Below are positions 38,058-51,500 of a stretch of DNA of 64,000 nucleotides, in pieces. The position numbers were made by a program, and so were the translations under genes. The notes beneath the pieces were generated by a model. That model ran no database searches and was not told where the DNA came from. It was given only the letters and a program-made list of their open reading frames with translations. The DNA comes from Eremomyces bilateralis CBS 781.70 (taxonomy: Eukaryota), in the NCBI GenBank assembly GCA_010015585.1, contig ML975157.1. The stretch is one strand, 5' to 3'. Within the stretch, counting starts at the first letter, position 1. Every line of letters starts with the position of its first letter.

Positions 38058-40371
38058 TCACCAGCCGAATCCTTCCCCATAATACCAGATACCCTGCGCC
38101 CCGGTCCCTTTATGCACCGCCCGCTCATCACTCAACCTGACCGTCGCCCCCCGCACACCATCCATCATCCCCAGCGGCCCACACGCCAACACGCCCGTCT
38201 CCCCGCGCGCCTTCTCCAGCACCGCCCGGATGATCGGTTCGGGCGTCGGGCGGCCCGTGGCGAGGTTGATCGAGGGGTGGAGCGACGGGGACGTGGACGA
38301 TTTGGTGAGCTTTGGTGGCTCGGCGCTGGAGGGACGGGATTCGGAGTCGGCGGGGGTGATGCCGCATCGGCAGACGAACTCTGAAGGAGCAGAGGCGTCG
38401 GTGGGGGCGCAGCAGCAGCAGCCGGATGGGCCGCATCCCCCGGTGTTGCTCTGGGGGTCCTGGTCGTTGTCGGAGGACTGGGAGTCGACTTCGTGGACTT
38501 GAACCGGGACACCATCAGAGGGGGCGATTCCTTTTTTCAAGGCCGATTTCTCATCGACGGCGAGGCTCCCATCGGATGCAGCGGGTTGAACCTGCTTGAC
38601 CTCTCCATGCGTCACCTTTGGTTCGGGTCGCTTCTCACCGTAGTGGAAATGGCCCAAGGACTGGAGGAGGTTGCGATGCTCGCCGACGTACTCATCGTCG
38701 CAGGTGCAACAGACGCTGACGTCGAGCTGTACGTCTACGCCATTCGCTCGGAGCGACTCGACTTCCGACTTGGCATCGCAGAGCTGGCTGCAGAACCAAG
38801 CCAGCTGGTGCCGTGATTTGACCGCCCATATGAATCGTATCCGTCGGGTCGCCGCTATATCGGGGGGGTAGATACTAAGTGCCCGGTGCGAAGTCGGAGA
38901 CGCGGAGTGCATCGCCGACCACCGTCTCACCACGTCCCGGATTATAGGAACGCAAAAGGTGGCTCCTGTAGAACCGGCGAAGAGCACAAGGCTGTCGAAC
39001 TGCTCCGGTGGTCTCATGATCCCGTAAGGACCTTCGATGGCAGCCATGCGGGATTCGATTGTAATAGGTAAGCTCACTTGGTCACTCTGAGAATCCGTTC
39101 TTTCTTTTGTCTCTGCCGTCGGTAGGATCGGCGCCTGCTGATCTTTGGATGCAACATGGTGCAACCTCCTGGTTCCACCAGTACGTGCTCTGATAACGAA
39201 GTCCATTTTGCCATCGGACGGGAGGCTGGCAATGGAAAAAGGGTGACTTTGTAAAGGGGCGATTGAATGGCAAGAGAGATAGACATGTTGTCCAGGTCGC
39301 CATGACATAGGCGGATTGCGGATAGTGAGGCGGGTATGATCAGGGGCTAGGGGTGTCAATTCCGCGCGACAAGCCCATGCGCTGTTCATGGCGCCGGAGC
39401 GCCTTTGCTTGGGATGGAAAATGGAGAGATTCAGGTAGAGCACGCGCAAAATCCGTGCGACGCGATCGAAAAAGAAGAACGCGACAGGAAGCCACAAAAA
39501 GATATGGACTTCCTTGGGCGTGTGGATCATGAGAACCCCGATCAACGCGCCGATCGAGATGATGTGCTGGGCGACGAATATCTCATACCGCCACCCTCGG
39601 ATGGGGGCAATACTGGAGATGACGATCCACAGCAGGATACACCAGGCAATCAGGCCTCGTTGCGTTAACGGATCCGTCCGGATCTTGCGCTCTATAAAGC
39701 CTCCATACGGAGCCCAGGCCGTGAACCAATATCCCATATGGATCGTCGCACTGAACAGGAGGCAACGAGCAGTCCATCGGTGCAACCAATTGAGGCGCTC
39801 GTATCCCAGACCTGTCAAATAGCCGATGATATTATTCTTGCCGGCCAGCAGGAATATCAGCGGAATCTGAGAAATCGTCACGAACCCCGTACGGTAGCCG
39901 ATGTTCTCCATGGACCACCGGTCGCGCGTGTCGAATCCATAGAGGCCTAAGGCGACGATGAGGATGATGTTGGCTACGATCAGGGACGTCTTGCCGAGCG
40001 TCGGGAATCGCATATGCCAGTTCGAAATGGTAACAGAAGTCAAACTTGCATTGCTCGCTTCTCGGGTTACTGCAGTCAACGTTGCATACGTCTCAGCCAA
40101 AAGAGATTTGGGTCGAGAAGGGTCGGGTGAGCGTTTGCTCGCAGCCCATATTCTAACATGACCATCAGCGCGCCGTCCTGAGATCAAATGGAACAGCAGG
40201 ATATCCTCACCTTTGCCTGTAAATAAAGTAATTTGTGACGTTGGCTATACACGCAATGGCAATTGTAGTCCCTACGACGCCCCAATATGCTTGCGGAAAA
40301 GACATCAGAGGAGGCATTCCTTTGGACGATCCGCCCGACATGCCTCCCATGCTATGGCCGGCGTGCGACAT
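38058..40371 (-). CDS. Ferric/cupric metalloreductase (FRE family)
   Basis: LAGKNN, heme His pairs (WLHRW..ATIH; AQH..MIH), FAD motif HPFSIAS, EGPYG, AGSTGATF, ACGP, EGFGW. Exon 1 is 40371-40211; intron 40210-40153. Confidence 0.93.
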
Positions 40372-40993
40372 GATGAAGGTATGGAGTGCACCGATAGATT
40401 TCCAAGCTCTTGTATTGTCTCAATGAAGACTTGTTTGTTGGGCAGACCCGGGGTAGAGACGGTCAAAGTCGAGCGCGCACTCGGCTAGATGTTATGAAGA
40501 CGAAGTGGCGGGCGGAGGTTCAACTCAAGAATCGACCCACCAGCATCTCCTCGGTCGATGAAGTGCTACAGGAGGGCAAATGACGATATTGTGGTTTGTT
40601 GTAGGAGAGACGAATGTGTCTTTAGGTTAGCCAATGTGAACGGATCCGGTTATGCCGGTGATGATGTTTGCGACTTTGCGTCAGCCGTCAGGGTCGATTT
40701 ATGCTGGAGTTGGTTCCGCAAGTGTCGCATGTCCAACGTTTACGCCGTTCCACTTGATGATGGATGCATCAGGTCGCGACAGTGGAGAAATGCCACATGG
40801 ACTTTGCCTCGTTCAATTGCAAAACAATTCAGTGCCCGTGTGCAGGGATTAATGCAGCTATACCGGAATACAGTCGTGGAGTGTCGAATATATTCCGGTG
40901 GCAACCGTACTTTTTGTCGAGTCTAGTAATGCTGTCCGTATCCGCACCCCGTCCGAACGGCGATTGGGACTTGAATGCGTCAGTAAATCTGAG

Positions 40994-41597
40994 TGAGCAG
41001 CGATACAGGGAAAAACTAAGACACGATCCGTCCATGCGCCAAGTCGCATTGTGCACGAGCTGCGATCCTCTGTGGACCTGGTTGGACCCTATTATTGGCT
41101 GAGTATCCCTGTTTCCTCCGAATTGACCAATGATAACTTGCTCAAAAGATCGCACATCCGGCCACCCCTGTCATTTCTGATTTCGCTCACCAGGCCTTTT
41201 CCGCATCTGAAGTCGAGGCAAATGATGATTGATGACAATGAACTTGCTCTACGGCCCATCGTTCATGTGTCCTGGTTTCGGGCCTCCAACCCGGCGGTAC
41301 ATGTAATACGTTGACTGCAGTAGTTTAATCCAGTAATACCCGCAATCCCGTTTCCATTACCCTCTGTGGCACCTGACACCGATCGTAGCACCGATATTAT
41401 GTACTCCAACGCTCCTTAACTCTGGACCGCATAAACACCTCATAACAATAATAACCACGACAATTTCCGCTTGAGAAATATCTATTGACAAAGTACATCA
41501 CACAGTACTAATAAGACCGGTAAACTTCGGACGCTATTCGGTGTTTCTGGGGCTCAAAAACGACCTTATATCATATCCCCTTCAGCCGTCTTTGCTC
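40994..41597. promoter_or_regulatory. Cluster of Mac1/Cuf1-type GCTC(A) cores in the FRE-CTR divergent promoter
   Basis: TGAGCAG 40994, TTGCTCA 41138, GCTCA 41185 and 41552, TTTGCTC 41591. Short motifs, so some could be chance. Confidence 0.45.
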
Positions 41598-42125
41598 CTC
41601 CTCATCTCCAGCTTCGGCATTTCCTTAAACCTCTCCCTTCCTCCTCATCTGGTGGATCGTCATCCATCCAATCTTTCAATATAACCTTGCACTCTGATCT
41701 TCCCCATATTCTTGGGTTGGCCCTACCCTATATCTCTCCAATTGATTGCGCATTCCACCATCATCCTTGTCATCCCACTCAACAATCTGGTCCTCGACAT
41801 TCCATAGGTTCGAACTTAAGTCGCGGAAATCTTTCTTCTATCTCGACCTTGTGAAGATCCCAGGGCTTCATCTATTCGAAATTAATTTCCCGTGCCGCCT
41901 CAACGGTCACTAACCAGGACGCCGGAACCCCCATTTTCGGCTTTCGAATTGGCCAACATCCATTCTCCCGAGTTCACACGTCGGCGGCTTCCACCCCGAA
42001 CTTCGGATTCGAACATTGGCCAAAAGCTTCGCAAAATCATACGAAGCCTTCGCGAAAGATTCATGCCATCAGGTCTTCCTATACCCCAGTGGCGCATTGC
42101 GAAATCCACGACCGCTTCCGCGAGC

Positions 42126-42857
42126 ATGCCATCTCTATTCCTCCTCGCCTTCCTCCTCCCCTTCACCTCCGCGCAACACACCCATGGCAGCACTTCAGAT
42201 TCCACTTCAGGTTCCACGTCCGCCAGCATGCACGCCTCGGAAATGGTCATGGCCTTCTTTTCCTCGACCACCACCGCCCTCTACTCCGACGGCTGGACGC
42301 CCTCGTCCGCCGGCGCCTACGCCGGCACCTGCATCTTCTTGATCGTCCTCGCCGTCGTCTTCCGCGCGCTCCTCGCGGCGAAACATCGTCTCGAAGCGCT
42401 GTGGCACGACCAGGCGCTCCAACGACGGTATGTGGTCGTTGATGGGAAGCCAACAGAGGCGGAAAGGATCCGTGACGCGGCGACCGCGGGAGAGGCGGCG
42501 GAGCGGGACGCGGGTGGGTTTTTTGGGAAGGACGCCGATGTACGGAGCGGGGTTTTGTCGATCAATGGGGTGGAAGAGGAGGTGAGGGTGGTGCGGGCGC
42601 CTACCGGACCGGTCCAGGCCTTCAGGTTGACAACCGACGTGCCGCGTGCTGCTCTCGTCGTCGTCATTGTGGGTGTTGGGTACCTCCTGTGAGTATACCT
42701 TCGGAGCCAGGGAGAAACGAAACCAGAGCTAATACTTCGCAGGATGCTGGCGGTCATGACCCTGAACGTAGGGTACTTCCTCTCTATCCTCGGAGGCACT
42801 TTCCTAGGTGAATTAGTGTTTGGGAGATTCGGTCATGCAGTGGAGATGAACCACTGA
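42126..42857 (+). CDS. CTR-family copper transporter
   Basis: M.M.F..L..WTP.S.GAYAGTCIFL; intron 42689-42742 creates YLLMLAVMT (MxxxM) followed by GGTFLG (GxxxG). Confidence 0.95.
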
Positions 42858-43628
42858 TATTTCGTCCGTGGAAGCCATTTTCTTCCAGGGGTTCTCGTTC
42901 TGCATGCCGGCAGTAATCATCGTTGCAATTGTATAGCATGGCGTTCTGGTTATGGCCTTGTACAGGTGGATGCCCGGTGGTGGCTAACTTATGTGACACG
43001 TTCCCTTTTCATGTTCATATCAACCAAAGTTCAAGATTGGTATTGTCAATTCCTTTCCCACCCTTCGTGATCTATTCATTGAATGGGTGATGTGTCCAAG
43101 GCGTCATTCCGAAAAGCCGAACTACGGATCCGCCCATGCTGTCTGCCTATACTCTACGTGTACCCAATGTCACGGAGGACATGTCTGTACTTTGCAATAC
43201 CCTGAAACTGGTTGACCTTGGCATGGTCTATATTGCTTGCAGGTGGCAATCCATGGCTTCGGGTCAGCTTATAAGTACGGAATGACCGACCAGAATCTGA
43301 TACAACCTGAATCAGCATGTCTTCCGCTTCTATTCCGAGCTGATGATTATAAAATCGTTCACATCGATCGCATCAAGCCACTCCGTCCGCGGACAAGGCG
43401 GGACAAGCTTTAAGCCACCTGGTAGACTGACTGCACTCCACAGTCAAACATGTTTCCCATTATGCCGTTCATCCGTCGAACACCAACCACATCTCAAGAT
43501 GCCCATCCTACCGCTTCTTCACGCCCGATCGTTCGCGAGGCAATTGACGCCGCAGCGGATTTCCCAGCCCACGATATCCGGAACGAGCGCATCTCAACTC
43601 CGACCACCAAATGCGGAGCCCAGAAAAC

Positions 43629-43645
43629 GTGCTCAATTCCGCTCA
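43629..43645 (+). promoter_or_regulatory. Tandem GCTCA cores (GTGCTCAATTCCGCTCA), candidate Mac1 sites upstream of the BIM1-like gene
   Basis: Two GCTCA cores 10 bp apart, about 670 bp upstream of ATG 44314. Confidence 0.4.
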
Positions 43646-44313
43646 ACGAGGCGTGCGACCTGCGACTAAGGTTTACGAGACCCTCGCTAGCCTGCATTAG
43701 CGGCATGGCGCGTCCTGGTTGCCGTTTCGATTGGCCCGTCGTCCCGGGAGCCGGATGGTCGGATGCGGACTAATCATGCTAAGCTTTGGTGGCGTGGTGG
43801 GGTCGGCAGGGAGGAGGGATGTGGGCATTCAAAGCTGGCGGGGGCAATGAAGCAAGTGACGGAAGGTGCGAAGTTCAGGAAAGAGCGAGAGGTCTGGGGA
43901 TGCGGCGAGACGGCGGACAACGGTGGATGCCCAGCGGTTGTGGAATGTAGAGGAAGCAATACGACACCTAGCTCCCCCGCCAATTGCACTACCTGGTCAT
44001 ACATATATGGTACGGAGTTACAGGTACGTAGTTCAGTAAACAAATGCTCGGCTAGCTGGATCATAGTATGACGGTGACGTCTCTAGCAGTGGATTCGACG
44101 TCTGGTGTAATCACAGGCACTGGATGTGGCAGGTTTAAATAAATAAATGGATCCTTTCCTTCATTCACCTCTCTGCCCCAGCTTGCATTTCTGCTGTACT
44201 TTTGACCTGTTCGACTTCGACTAACAACCATTGACATCTCCAAACTTCTTTGATGAAAGTTGAATTCGTCTTCAGAAATTGACACCAGCTCGATTACCTA
44301 GCTCCCACCTACC

Positions 44314-45032
44314 ATGCATATCTCCGCCGTCCTCCTTTCCCTCCCCGCCCTCTCCTTCGCCCACTTCCACCTCCTCTTCCCCCCCGTGCGCGGCTCCTTC
44401 GACGCCGGCTCCTTGGACCAGTACCCCTGCGGCGGCCAGAACACCGTCGGCGACCGCACCGACTTCCCCATTTCCGGCGGCCCCATCCAGATCGACAACG
44501 AGCACACCGAGTCCAAGATCCAGGTGCTCCTGGCCCTCGGCGAGAACCCGACCGGCGATGACTTCGTCTACGTCATGCTGCCGACCATCTACGCGCAGGG
44601 GCCGCAGGAGTTCTGCATGGGCATGGTGGGCGCGCCGGCGGAGGCGAATGTGACGGAGGGGACGAAGGGGACGATCTCGGTGGTGACGAGCGGGGATTCG
44701 AATGGGGGGTTGTATCAGGTGCGTTTGGCTGGGTGACGCAGGAATGGCGATGGGCGGATGCTAATTGCAAGCAGTGTGCGGATGTCACTTTCGTCAACAC
44801 TCCGCTGCCGGAAGCCGAGTACAACGATAACTGCAAGAACGCCACGGGCATCCAGGTTTCTTCATCAAATGGGAACGCGAACGGTTCGAGCTCAGCTACT
44901 TCTCCATCATCCAGCAGTGATGGCGGTGCCGCCGCATCGCCAACGTCGACGCCTGGTGCCGCCTCTGTCAACGGTCTGGGTCCTGCCCTCGCGGTTGCGG
45001 TGGGAGCCATGGGTATTGCTGCTCTATTGTAG
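44314..45032 (+). CDS. GPI-anchored LPMO-like copper protein (X325/BIM1-like)
   Basis: Signal peptide followed by mature His1 (HFxLxxPxxRG..PCGG), second His at mature position 48, GD..GGLYQCAD across intron 44719-44774, Ser/Thr linker, hydrophobic GPI signal. Confidence 0.9.
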
Positions 45033-45550
45033 ATTGATTGTTCTTATGGGAGTGTGGAGCAGGTTTCTAACGTGCCTGGCTCGAATCGAGGTTGATTGTG
45101 GGATGAATCATGAATGGTGTCAACACGCGCTAGGGGCAACCTGTGGGCGGGTGGATAATAATAAGTAGCTGAAATCATCGCCTAGTCAATTGTCTAGCTG
45201 GTATACTGGACCCTTATTCAATCAATGAAGCATAGCACCTCTTCATCGTCTTCGAACTACTTGGCTTCTCAGATCGCCATCGACCACCTGAGGCTATTTC
45301 TACGCAACCGAATATCTGACCGTGCAAATGCTGGCGCTCCATGTCTGCAACCTTTTGCACAATCCAACGCTAACTGTAGCCCCCCATAAACGCTAAATGC
45401 AACCGGAGATCGCTTGATGCAAATATTTGCTGAAAGCGAAACGACAATGGGGACCATATGATTAGAAACTCCATTCAAATGCATGACTATCGACCCGACT
45501 AGGAAAGGATGAAGGAGGAAATTCGGGGAAATGCAGATACTCCGAGTCTA

Positions 45551-48500
45551 TTAGCTCTTCTTCGGGCGATTCGGCTTCAGAAAAGGATCCGCCTTCTTCC
45601 TTTTTGGCGGGACCATATGCGGTCGTGAACGGGGAGTTGCTGAGGAGGCGCCAAAGGTGGACGCCGATCCTGAAGCCGATCCTGAAGCCGATCCTGAAGC
45701 TGGCGGGTATCCCGATGCTTCCTTCTTGGGCTGGACTAGGGGAACGTGAGCAGACGATTGGCCTGGTTCACGTTTGATAGTGGTGGTTGTGGTGGACGCA
45801 ATTTGATCCTTAGGCCTAGAAGGAGGAGCGTCGTGTTTTGGTGGGCCCGAAACAACAGGAGATTCGCGTTTCGGCAAAGGCACGGCTCGGGCTCCATGTC
45901 CCTGTGCTTGCATCTTCTGCTCCTGCTCCCCATCTGGGGTAACTGACCGCTTCCGCTTCCCGGGGTGCGAAACCCCATTGCCATTTGATTTCACACTGCT
46001 GTTTGCTTCATGCTTGGATAGAGATGACGTAGACTGTCTCGCGCTCGAGCTACTTGAATTTCCCGAGTCGATATCCATCGGCGTGGAATTTCCATAGGTG
46101 GCCGCGGAGAGAAGATGCGACCTGGGCGCGGTAGGAGCGTTCAGCATCGGTGGGGGGAGTGACGTTCCGCCGCCCCTGCTAATCATATCCTTCCTCAGCT
46201 GTTGAATGGCTCCCGCTTCTGAGTAAGCTTGTCTCGAGCGGGCGTCTTGGATCAACAGCCGCCAGAACTCGCCTCTCACCAGCGTTTCGGAGTTTCCAAG
46301 AACCCATAGCGACGATTTCGCACGCGTCAGCCCGACGTTCATACGCCGGATATCTTGTAAGAAACCGATGCTGCCTGATGCCGCAGATCGCACGCAGGAG
46401 AAGATGATAATATCGCTTTCTCGACCCTGGAACGCATCGGTCGTGTTGAATTCCATGAAGTCGAGGATCTGTGAGCCGTATCGAGAAGAAAACCTGGCTT
46501 TGAGCTCTGAAAGCTGCGCCTTGTAAGGGGTAATGATGCCGATCTTGCCCTGGAAATCGAATCCTGGACACATGGTGCGCAGGGACTCGAAGATATCGAG
46601 GGCCGCATCGATTTCCGCCAGATTCTTCAACGAATGAGATTTCCCGGCCGAGTGCTTCCCGCGTACATCGAAGAACCGATATGGTGAAAGCACTGGGTGC
46701 GAATGCCAGTCCCGGACGCGCAAGCTATCCATACCGGGACCGTCCAAGAGACGGCCGTCATAGAATGTTTTGCTCGGAAACTTGCTGATCGACGGATGCA
46801 TACGATACTGCGTGTCAAGCAGATGCACATCCTTCGCGTGGTTTTTCTGCATCCGCACGAACAGACTTTGCTCGTACTGGAATTCCGCAGCGGCACGGGA
46901 CAGAACGGTAGGCGGCAATTGCTTGGGATCACCAACAAGGACGCACTTGTTGCACCCGTACTTGAGGGGGATCAAGGCACTCATCTCGACGCACTGAGCC
47001 GCTTCGTCGATAATGACGGTCTCGAACTCGATCTCGAGATTTTGGAACATATCATGTCCGCTGGAACTCAGCGTCGCACACAACACATGCGACTCCTCAA
47101 GGACCTGCTGTTGAATCCTTCGTCGAGTGAGGTCTCTGTCTCTGGCTGATCTGGTTTCCGTATCGCGTGCATCATCGATCATACGGGACAGTTTCCTCTT
47201 TTGGTCTCCGAGTTGGTCGAGCTGAGTCTTTAGCTCCGCCATCTTGTCGCTTCCCGGCTCCGCACTGTCCATCAGAAGCCGAGTATGTTGAAACTCATCG
47301 GAGAATTTCTTGTGCTGGGCCGCCAACTCCCCCACACTCTTCCTTGACTCCGGCGTATCTTTGTTGGTTGCTTGGATTTTGCGGTTTACCAGTTCCTCAA
47401 GCGTGACATCCAAGACCTGAGGATTGACGGCTTCAGTTCTGCCTAGTCGAACAACAGAGATCTTGCGTTGCTGCCCGTTGGCAGTCGTTACGCCTTGGCG
47501 GAGCCGCATAACCAATTCGTCAACGGCAGCATTACTTGGAGCACACACCAATAACTTCCTGCTTGGCGGTCGATCGGCCTGGTTTTTGTTTGCTATAGGG
47601 CGAAGGAGCTTCGTCCCCTGTTCCCCGTCCCGAAGAACGTTTGTCAGCAAAGCGCCAACAATTGCCACGATAGTCTTCGTCTTTCCAGTTCCAGGTGGAC
47701 CCTGGATTAAGGTGAATCCATCATTATCGATAGCGAACTTGACCGCTTTGGATTGGGCAGGGTTCAGACTGTAGTGTCGGGCGAACAGATCCGTCTGCGC
47801 ATCGGTATACGAAAGGAGGGGGGACGGCTTGGCCCGGACGATTTCATCGCAAAGGTCGTAATGCGGTAGGCCCACCAAGGCGCCATATTCTCGCTCCAAG
47901 GTGGTCATTGACTGGACTTTGACTGCAAAAACAGTCCCATTCGGTACCAACGCGCTGGACAGGGGATTATTGGGCACTGCTTTGAGAAGAACCTCCATGC
48001 CGGTGCCTTTCCGTCGGACTTTCGATACTCTTGCAAGACAATGCGGCTCATCGGCGGCATCCACGGGATTCGAGGCTTTCGATAATAGGAGGATATCCGC
48101 CTCGGAGACCCGGTTGGTCTTGTCATTGCCGCTCAACGCTACTGCGACCTCGATGAAGGAGTCCACTGATGTCCGATTTGCGATCTTCAACCCGAATGGT
48201 GTCGGTGTTTCATCTTCGCGGCTTTTAATGAAACCCTGCCACGCTTCCAACACAAGAAGAGGCTCAAATGTTCGTCGGTAGCTGGTAGGATTCGTGAAAG
48301 TGTTAATGACAGCACTGTATTGGTCCGGGTTCATGTTGGGCGGGTAAACCCCTGTGCTGAAATAGTCCCATCGAAGAATGGTTTGGTGCAACTCGGTCAG
48401 ATCAGGCGCGAGACGCGCCCGCATGTCGCGAGCGTTTCTTTCCAGTCTCTTCTTCCGGACCGGCATGTTCGGTAGCTCAGCCAACGGCTTGCATTTGGAT

Positions 48501-51500
48501 TTGAGGCTTATATGCGCTGTCCGAGTAGCGGTGGCTCCGAATAACTCAGCATCCATCGCATCCATCTCCTCATCGTCATCGTCAGGTTCGCTCTCTTCGT
48601 CGGAGGCGACCATCATCTCCGACTTCTTCGTGGAATGGTCCTTCACCTTGACATTCAAGTCGCGAAGACCAGACCCTGCATTGCCGACCTGACTCCTCGC
48701 ACGGAGTGCTGCCGCCCGGTCCCGCTGTTTCTTAGCTTCGAGTTCTGCCGCTCGCTTTTTCCTGAACTCGGATAGGACGGCTTCGTTCATCGCAGGCTGC
48801 GGTCGCGGTGGCACGGCTACCGTCGCTTTTCGGGCGGCTTGCAACTTCTTAAACGCAGCGGCTCCCGGAGCCAGGTCGGTCACAAGTTTCTTGATACCTT
48901 CCGAGGGCGTCGAAGAACCTGAAGCCGAATCGTCTCCGAGCCATGAGGAGATGGACGTTTGTTTGACGGTAGAGACTTTGCGCTCCTCCTTTATCTTTGA
49001 AGGTTCTTTGACGTAGTGTGCCTCTTCCAAAGCTCGCCTCAACCGGGCCATATGATGTGTGGATAGTTTGGACTTCGTCTTACCGGTGACGATATCAAGG
49101 ATGTACTTAACAACGTCCTCGGAGATCTTGATATTCTGAGCATGAAGTCTGGTGATGACCTTCGTCACTAGGGACACGATCTTCGAATTCAAGAACTCAT
49201 CTCTTAACCGCAACCACTTGACCATAGATGACATCGTCGTGTTCGAGTGCTGAAGCAGGTGTCCTCCGGTGTCCAGAGGGTCGTCTGTTTCCCGATTTCC
49301 GCCCTTTTCAATGGCCGTTTTGAAAATCGGAAACTGGTAAAACAGACGATCAGCGAACTCCATCGTATCCCGACAGAATTCAATTAGGCGATGCTTTTCA
49401 TGCCCAGCGTCACTCCAGCCCTCGGTGCATTGGAAAACCATGGTAAGGAAGCTCCACGTTAGCTCCCAGAAGTCTTCCGCGGCATTTGCACTCTCCCTGG
49501 TGATGGCCATAGAACGCAACAAGCCGTCCTGACTATCGCACAAGACATCCGTGACATCCGCAATGATTTTTAGCAGTGCCGCTGCAGGTGTATGGGATCG
49601 TCCTCCCGTGACATGCCGTGTTACGGTTGCGAATGACGAGAGGATGGCGTAGAAGTCAAGCTCCAGCAGAGCTCGAATTGCTTCTTTGCGGCCTGTTTGC
49701 TCTGTGAAGCGCTTGACTAGTTCCATCGCTTCCTGGCGTGTGCTCTCATGCGGCAAAATGAGAGCAGTAAGAATTGCCGTTGCCGTTATCCTGCCCCTGA
49801 ATGCTACTTCGAGGGATGGAATATCGAAGGTGCCGAGCCGCTCGAGCGTTTCGCAAATTTGCACCAGCATCTCATCCAGAGTTTCATTGAATTCGTTTTT
49901 TGCTGTTCGTACGTTCATTTTGTCGTCTGCCTCGAAGTTGAACGGTTCTACCCCCGTCAGCCCTCTCACGCCTTGAAGTATGTACGTAGCAAGTGATATA
50001 TTGCCATCGCGTACGCCTCGGACCACCCCCTTCCACAATGAACGACAGAACTCGGATTTCTCTTGCGGAAGATCGCCTTTGGCGATGTGCCGTCGTCTGA
50101 TGCATATCGCGACGCCGTCCAGCCCGATCGATTTTTGTATTACTTGAAAGCACGGCTTTCGGAGCACATTGGAGTCTTGGTGGGAAGGGCTCTGCTGAAC
50201 TTGTTCAAGCAAAACGCTCTTGTAGGTGTCCACGACTTCCAGCATTTCACGCACAGTAGTGAAGCCCACAAAGTTAGAGGTGGAATCGACTTTTTGGAGC
50301 TGGGAAAGCAAGCTGTCAAGCAGCTCAATACCTACCAGGACGGCATGCGTGCGAGCATGCTGTGGATACCGGGTCTCTTGATATTTAGAAAGCAGCTGGT
50401 CGCAAACAGAACGGCAAAAAGTGACCCGGTTAATGGGCGGCACGGAAGCTGCGAAATCTTTGATCCAACCAAAGAGTCTTTCCACCCGAGGACCGCTTGT
50501 CGCTGTGCTAGATGTAGATAATTCCACCTCTCGCTGAAAGGCTGGGTTATTGAAGATCTGGTCAGACACAGTTGCTGGAGAGATTGCTCCCATGGCCATG
50601 AACGAGTCCCACACATCGTTCGGTGCGATCTGGAGAAGGCGCTCGAAGGAGGCTAAAAGATCGGGATATCCGGCAAAATTTATCGACATGTGTTCCAATG
50701 CGAGTTTGCACAGGTCAACGTCCATGGCTTTAAGGGAATGAGTGACAAGATCCTTGGTGAGTTTTGCAACTATTAGCTTCACCCCATCCCAGAACTTGCG
50801 TAGAAAGCCGGCGTCCAAGTTGAACTTTTGGACCCGATTCATAGCCGTGAGCAATGGGTCTTTGATGGTTCCGTCGAAATCGTAGGCTTTAATTTCCCGT
50901 TTGTACTTTGATAAGTTGAATGACGCCCATTCGTAGCGACTCCGAGTGTCGGAGAAGAGGAAGTAGAACATCGCAGGAAGCAAGTCATTGGTACGTAAGG
51001 GCTTCTTCGTCTGAATCAGTTGAAACGCGGGATCGAAGTGCTTTTCGAGCAGGTCCTCTCGACCTAGAAACGCCAAGCAACTCAATGAGTCGATGAAGGC
51101 GCAAAGGAGAGAGAAGGGAACCGATTGTGGACTCCGCTGGGCCGGGGCCAAGCTTTCGAGGTATTGACGCGCGTTGTCGAGTCCGCTGGTGATGCGATCA
51201 ACGTCAAATTGGTCGACTACCTTCAGGAAATCTCGAACTTCTGAGACCTCGTATGCGCTGGGAGTTGCTGGTCAGCATCTCGATCCATCTCGTTCGGTTT
51301 CAAGTCCTTTCACCTTTCGAGCGCATGCTTGAGATCCGGTTTGAGTCGGTGGTAGCGCCGGATGCAGACATCGCAGGATCGTAGTCTTGCGTTGATCCGT
51401 TGAGTAACTACTTCACGAGGTCCCTCCGCTTCTGGGCCATCAAAAGCCAAAATCTGCAGACACTGGAACATCAGCTGCGTGCGTTCATCCACTTCGGCCA

